From assembly GCA_017499595.2 (NCBI GenBank), contig CM038998.1, forward strand, positions 2,728,001 through 2,792,000: 64,000 bases of DNA, read 5' to 3'. A program made the translations under genes and the position numbers. Positions 60,092-64,000 of this stretch are shown here, piece by piece. The notes under the pieces are model-generated. The model was not told where the DNA came from and made no database searches. It was given only the letters and a program-made list of their open reading frames with translations. The stretch comes from Psilocybe cubensis (taxonomy: Eukaryota). The first letter of the stretch is position 1; each line of letters begins with the position of its first letter.

Positions 60092-63031
60092 ATGCCTAAA
60101 AGCGCAAAGAAAAAGAAGGATAAGGTGGCCGATTTCTCGGTATGTCACTCCCATAAATTCCAGACGGGAAACAATTGACATTATTGTATTGCACAGAAAG
60201 CTAAGCTGAAGCTCGGTAAAGGGAAAGCGACCCCGACCAACGCGATCGATACATCTTTCAAAGCGAGATGTGAGTATACTTATGGTCGTCATTCTAGTTC
60301 TGACTTTTTCAGGGAATCATAGCGATTGCCTTGCCATCCCAGAGTATTGCGATTGAGAAAGATTCGTCCCAGCCGATCACTAGACGACAATTGACATTTG
60401 ACGATCTCATCTCTCACCTCAAACATTATAATTCCGGAACAAGGAAGGGTGCGTAATGTGATATCTTTTCGCTTTATATATCTCACTTAACTTTAGACGC
60501 ACTCATCGGTTTAAAGGAGTTGTTCGACAATAATTGGGACTTGATCAACTCATGTCTGACCTCGCTCATAAATGCGCTTGTGCGACTAATAGGTGACGAG
60601 GTATCTATATCTTTTAATCTCTCAATATTGGTTGCGCTGATGAAGGGTTCAGGATGCTAGTGTTCGGAAGCAACTATTGTCGCTTTTGGCCTGGCTGTTG
60701 CCGCGAATCCCCCCAGTATGTTCTCGTATCGTCTACTAGTCTGTCGCAAACCAACATACGAACCATAGGAAGACCTCCTTCCCCATACACCTTCTTTGCT
60801 ATTATTCACTACATCCGCACAAACTCACATCTTTCCAGAGATCAGAATCGATGCGATACGGTTCTTAAATGTGTTGCTCGAATGTGTTCCCGAAAGCGTA
60901 GTGTCAGGGTGGTGTGCAGAAAGTGAAGGCCACGGAAGCCGTGTTTTGAGCGGATATCTTGGTATTCTCAACGCGGGTACCAAATACGGAGAAAATAATG
61001 GTAGGTTTAACATCTTGTTCATCCCGTTATATGCGTCATGTTTAAATATTAGGTCCATTGAAGGCAACGTCAACTGCCAGCGTTGTGCTCACACCTGCAG
61101 TATGTCTTTTAAAGCTCATTTATAATATTAATAGAGTAACAACTACACTTCTCAGTCCAAACTTGTCGTCCTTCGATCTCTCTCGACTTTCCTCCAGGTA
61201 GCATTATCTCCCCAAGAAAGCCAATCGATGTCCGAATCTTCGAGTAGTTCGAATGCTGCACTTGATGCTGTTTTCATGAGCAATGCATTTCCCTCGCGGG
61301 AGGCGTTCTACTCGTTTGATAATCTTCTCTGCTCTATATCGCACTCTGCCAACGGAACTGGCCACCGAAAGTGGCTGGCTGAAGTTCCCGGAGATGAGGA
61401 GTTTGCGGATATCTTTACCCAATCCTTTAAACTACTGGAAAACAATCCGGGGGAAGGTTGGACACTACATGACTTGATGCCGACAAACGATGTATTGGGG
61501 ACACAACACTCTAGGATGGCCAGTACAGAATTTGTAGCTGTAAGTATTGCGGTCTTAAGGGCGCTGGTATCTTAATTGCGATTTACAGCATTTAGCCAAC
61601 ACTTTACACTCAACAATCATCGAAACTTATCTTGACTGCGCACCTTCTGTCTTCTCTCCGGGGCCGACTCCGTCAGAAACAGAAGTTCAACTCATTGTGA
61701 CTATCGTTCGCATAGCACAGAGCTTATATCATGTCATTTTACGCTCTCCACAAAATGTACGTCGATAAACCGTCATGATAGGCTCGAAATTATGTGCCAA
61801 TGATCGCTCCAGGTTGACCAGGAACACATCTCACGGTTGGAAAGCATCATCAATTACATGGCGCCCTACTTCCCTGCATCTACAAGAGATAACAAGGTCA
61901 GATAAAGGTCGCTTTTCATAATTCATAAATAAACCTGATGATATGTATCTGAGCATAGTTAGACCAAGCATACGAAGAGTTTAATCTGATCTTCTGCGAG
62001 CTAACCTCTTTAGCGGTGAACGCTTCTGAAATCGGACCATCGCAATCCAATCAGAAGCGGAAGGCGCGAAAAGGTCCTTCATATTCGAGTGGCAAAGCTA
62101 AAGCATCATTGCAAACGCAGCGGGTGACGCAATACATCACCCGTCGACTTCGAGGCGAGGCTGCTTCCCCGGCCCAGATTGGCGTACCCATCAACCCCAC
62201 AGCTTACCGCGCACTATTGCCAACAATATGGGCGTTGATCGGTAGTGCAGGCACAAGCACAGATGAATCCAACGAGGTGATCCTCACCACGCTTGACCAT
62301 GCGCTCAAGGTGTCATCCAAGTCCGCGTGTAAGCGGCTGACGGTAGAATTTGTCGGCCGTCTCATGTTGGTACGTTCTGAAGGATGCTTCAGAAGTCACA
62401 TATTGGTGTTCTGAACGTCATTGCATTCGCGTTTTTTTTTTCGTCTAGTTGGGACTTGAGCCGCACTATCACGGTTCCTTGAGTGCGGACAGGAATCCAA
62501 GTTTGAAGTCAAAATTTGACGCATGGTTGGTGCACTTGCCGCAGGTCCTCTGGGAGCTCGGGAATTCAAACTTGGCTTGCACAGAGGTAAGTATATTAAT
62601 TTACAATATGGGACGCTGAATGTCAATCCAATCCAGACCATCTTACGTGTGGTTCTCCGCGTATTGCAACGCCGGTCGAAAGGAGCGCAAACAGAGGTCG
62701 GATTTCTAGTTGCTATTTCAAGTCCGCACTACTGACAGAGGCCCCCATACAGACAATCACTATGCTTCAATCAAGGCTCGTTCCTTACTTCTACATGGAG
62801 CATCCAAGCCGCGGAGCTCTACCAGGACCATACCGAAAACTACCACCTTCCTCTGCGTCACACGTGAGGCTTCTCGTCCTCGATGTGGTGTACACCATCA
62901 TGGCACTAGGTAGACAGGAGGGTCATGAGTTTGAGGGTCTCTCAAAGGCAGTTGGATTGGCGGTCTCTGGAGAAGATGAGCAAGGCTATTGGGGTCATAT
63001 AGCCTCCTTTCCTTCTATGAATAAAAAATAA
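60092..63031 (+). CDS. IPI1: Pre-rRNA processing protein Ipi1/Tex10 (Rix1 complex)
   Basis: MPKSAKKKKDKVADFS|KAKLKLGKGKATPTNAIDTSFKAR|SIALPSQSI, HLKHYN, SAQTHIFPEIRIDA. Confidence 0.88.
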
Positions 63032-63512
63032 AACCTTTCTTGAAAAGGGAAATGGTTGTAAGTAACATTGACCGGATGCAATACCCCTGGGCCTGAATGG
63101 GGTTGACATTATCACTCTATCTCATCAACGCAACAAGTTTGCATTTGTCGATTTGTTTATTTCCTTGTAACTACGCCTTGGCCGACTTGCGGGTGCAAGG
63201 GCGTAGCAAGATTTAAAGAGCAATATACATGACCAGAGCAAGTATGATAAAAAAGAGCGAGCAAGCTCGATATCTAATTAACTATAAAAAGAGGAAAGCA
63301 AATATGAGGGCAGCAATGGATGCATAGCATACAAGCTTCTAATCCAGCCTTTTCCGAGTCGAGATTGGCTTGCAAATGGAAACGGAAAGGAAAAGAAACG
63401 CCGCGGGCGTCGCGCGCATCGGCAAGTGGGAATAAAGAAGGACAGTTAAAAAGAATGGAGAGGCCGATGGCCCCACTTGAAATGAATCGAATGTTCAAAA
63501 AAGAACGTGCGT

Positions 63513-64000
63513 CTAGTCGTTCCACACCCAGGTCATGCCGGAAATGCGACCGACAGCAAAGTCTGCGAGTTGGTTGAACGCAGAGGGCGAAAAGTCAAGA
63601 TCGGTGATGGCGCAGCCTGTGCATCTGTCTGTGAGAGTGACGACGACGCTCTTTCCTTGATCTGGATCAAGGCGGCTATTAATACGAATGAACAAAGGAA
63701 CAGGGTGAGAACATACAGGTAGCTGTGACCGTGCGACCGCACATGGGGTTGTTATTGGGGTTCACACCATTGTAACCACTGATCAATGATTGCGGTTAGA
63801 GTTGAGGATTTTCGTCGGAAACGCGGTGCAACATGACCGCAAAAAAGCAACGTACGGGAAACTGTCGAAAAGCAAATGGGAGACTGCGGCGATATGGTCG
63901 GTATCCTTGTTCGTGATACCACACGCGCCCAGACCGGCTAAGAAACGGGTGTTCAACGGTGGGCCGCATAGAGAGAGAGAAACACGCACTGGAATAGAAA
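63513..64000 (-). CDS. Loosenin/expansin-like DPBB (RlpA/barwin-like) protein, 5' part outside the window
   Basis: GLGACG, IAAVS, NPNNNPMCGR, SVVVTLTDRCTGC..DLDFSPSAF..GRI..TW.W. Confidence 0.9.

Noticed and set aside
1-64000. CRISPR arrays, rRNA, tRNA genes, and stop-readthrough peroxisomal signals
   Set aside because: None seen; the stops I checked lack TGA-CTA context or a downstream SKL-like tripeptide.

Overview
Intron-rich eukaryotic DNA from a basidiomycete fungus, most likely an Agaricomycete (short ~50-65 nt GT/GC-AG introns, frequent microexons, fungal gene families). Bases 1-6.9 kb are a degraded, repeat-associated zone: a possible PPT/LTR edge, a DAO-family oxidoreductase pseudogene, and three unrelated intron-containing gene fragments between ~170 bp direct repeats. 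Bases 7.5-64 kb are gene-dense (about 25 genes): zinc-finger protein, Rac1, type II membrane protein, two paralogous Zn2Cys6 transcription factors, prephenate dehydratase, an Old Yellow Enzyme, amidase, Yth1, YjbQ-like, DH-domain protein, Ngl-like nuclease, M16 peptidase, NUFIP1/Rsa1, KH protein, Rpl16, mitochondrial ACP, SMP-30, bL17m, NPC2-like ML protein, Ipi1, a loosenin-like DPBB protein and several hypotheticals. The Old Yellow Enzyme gene is split by an intact Ty1/copia element with identical 181 bp LTRs and a GCTTC target-site duplication. The most unusual signals are (i) two abutting introns with an apparent zero-nucleotide exon in the RPL16 5' UTR, (ii) the fresh copia insertion whose LTR end presents an antisense GTAAGT donor next to the host donor, (iii) the gene-fragment cassette and (iv) a pair of uncharacterised small paralogues. 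All exon structures were read by eye; no database searches were run.
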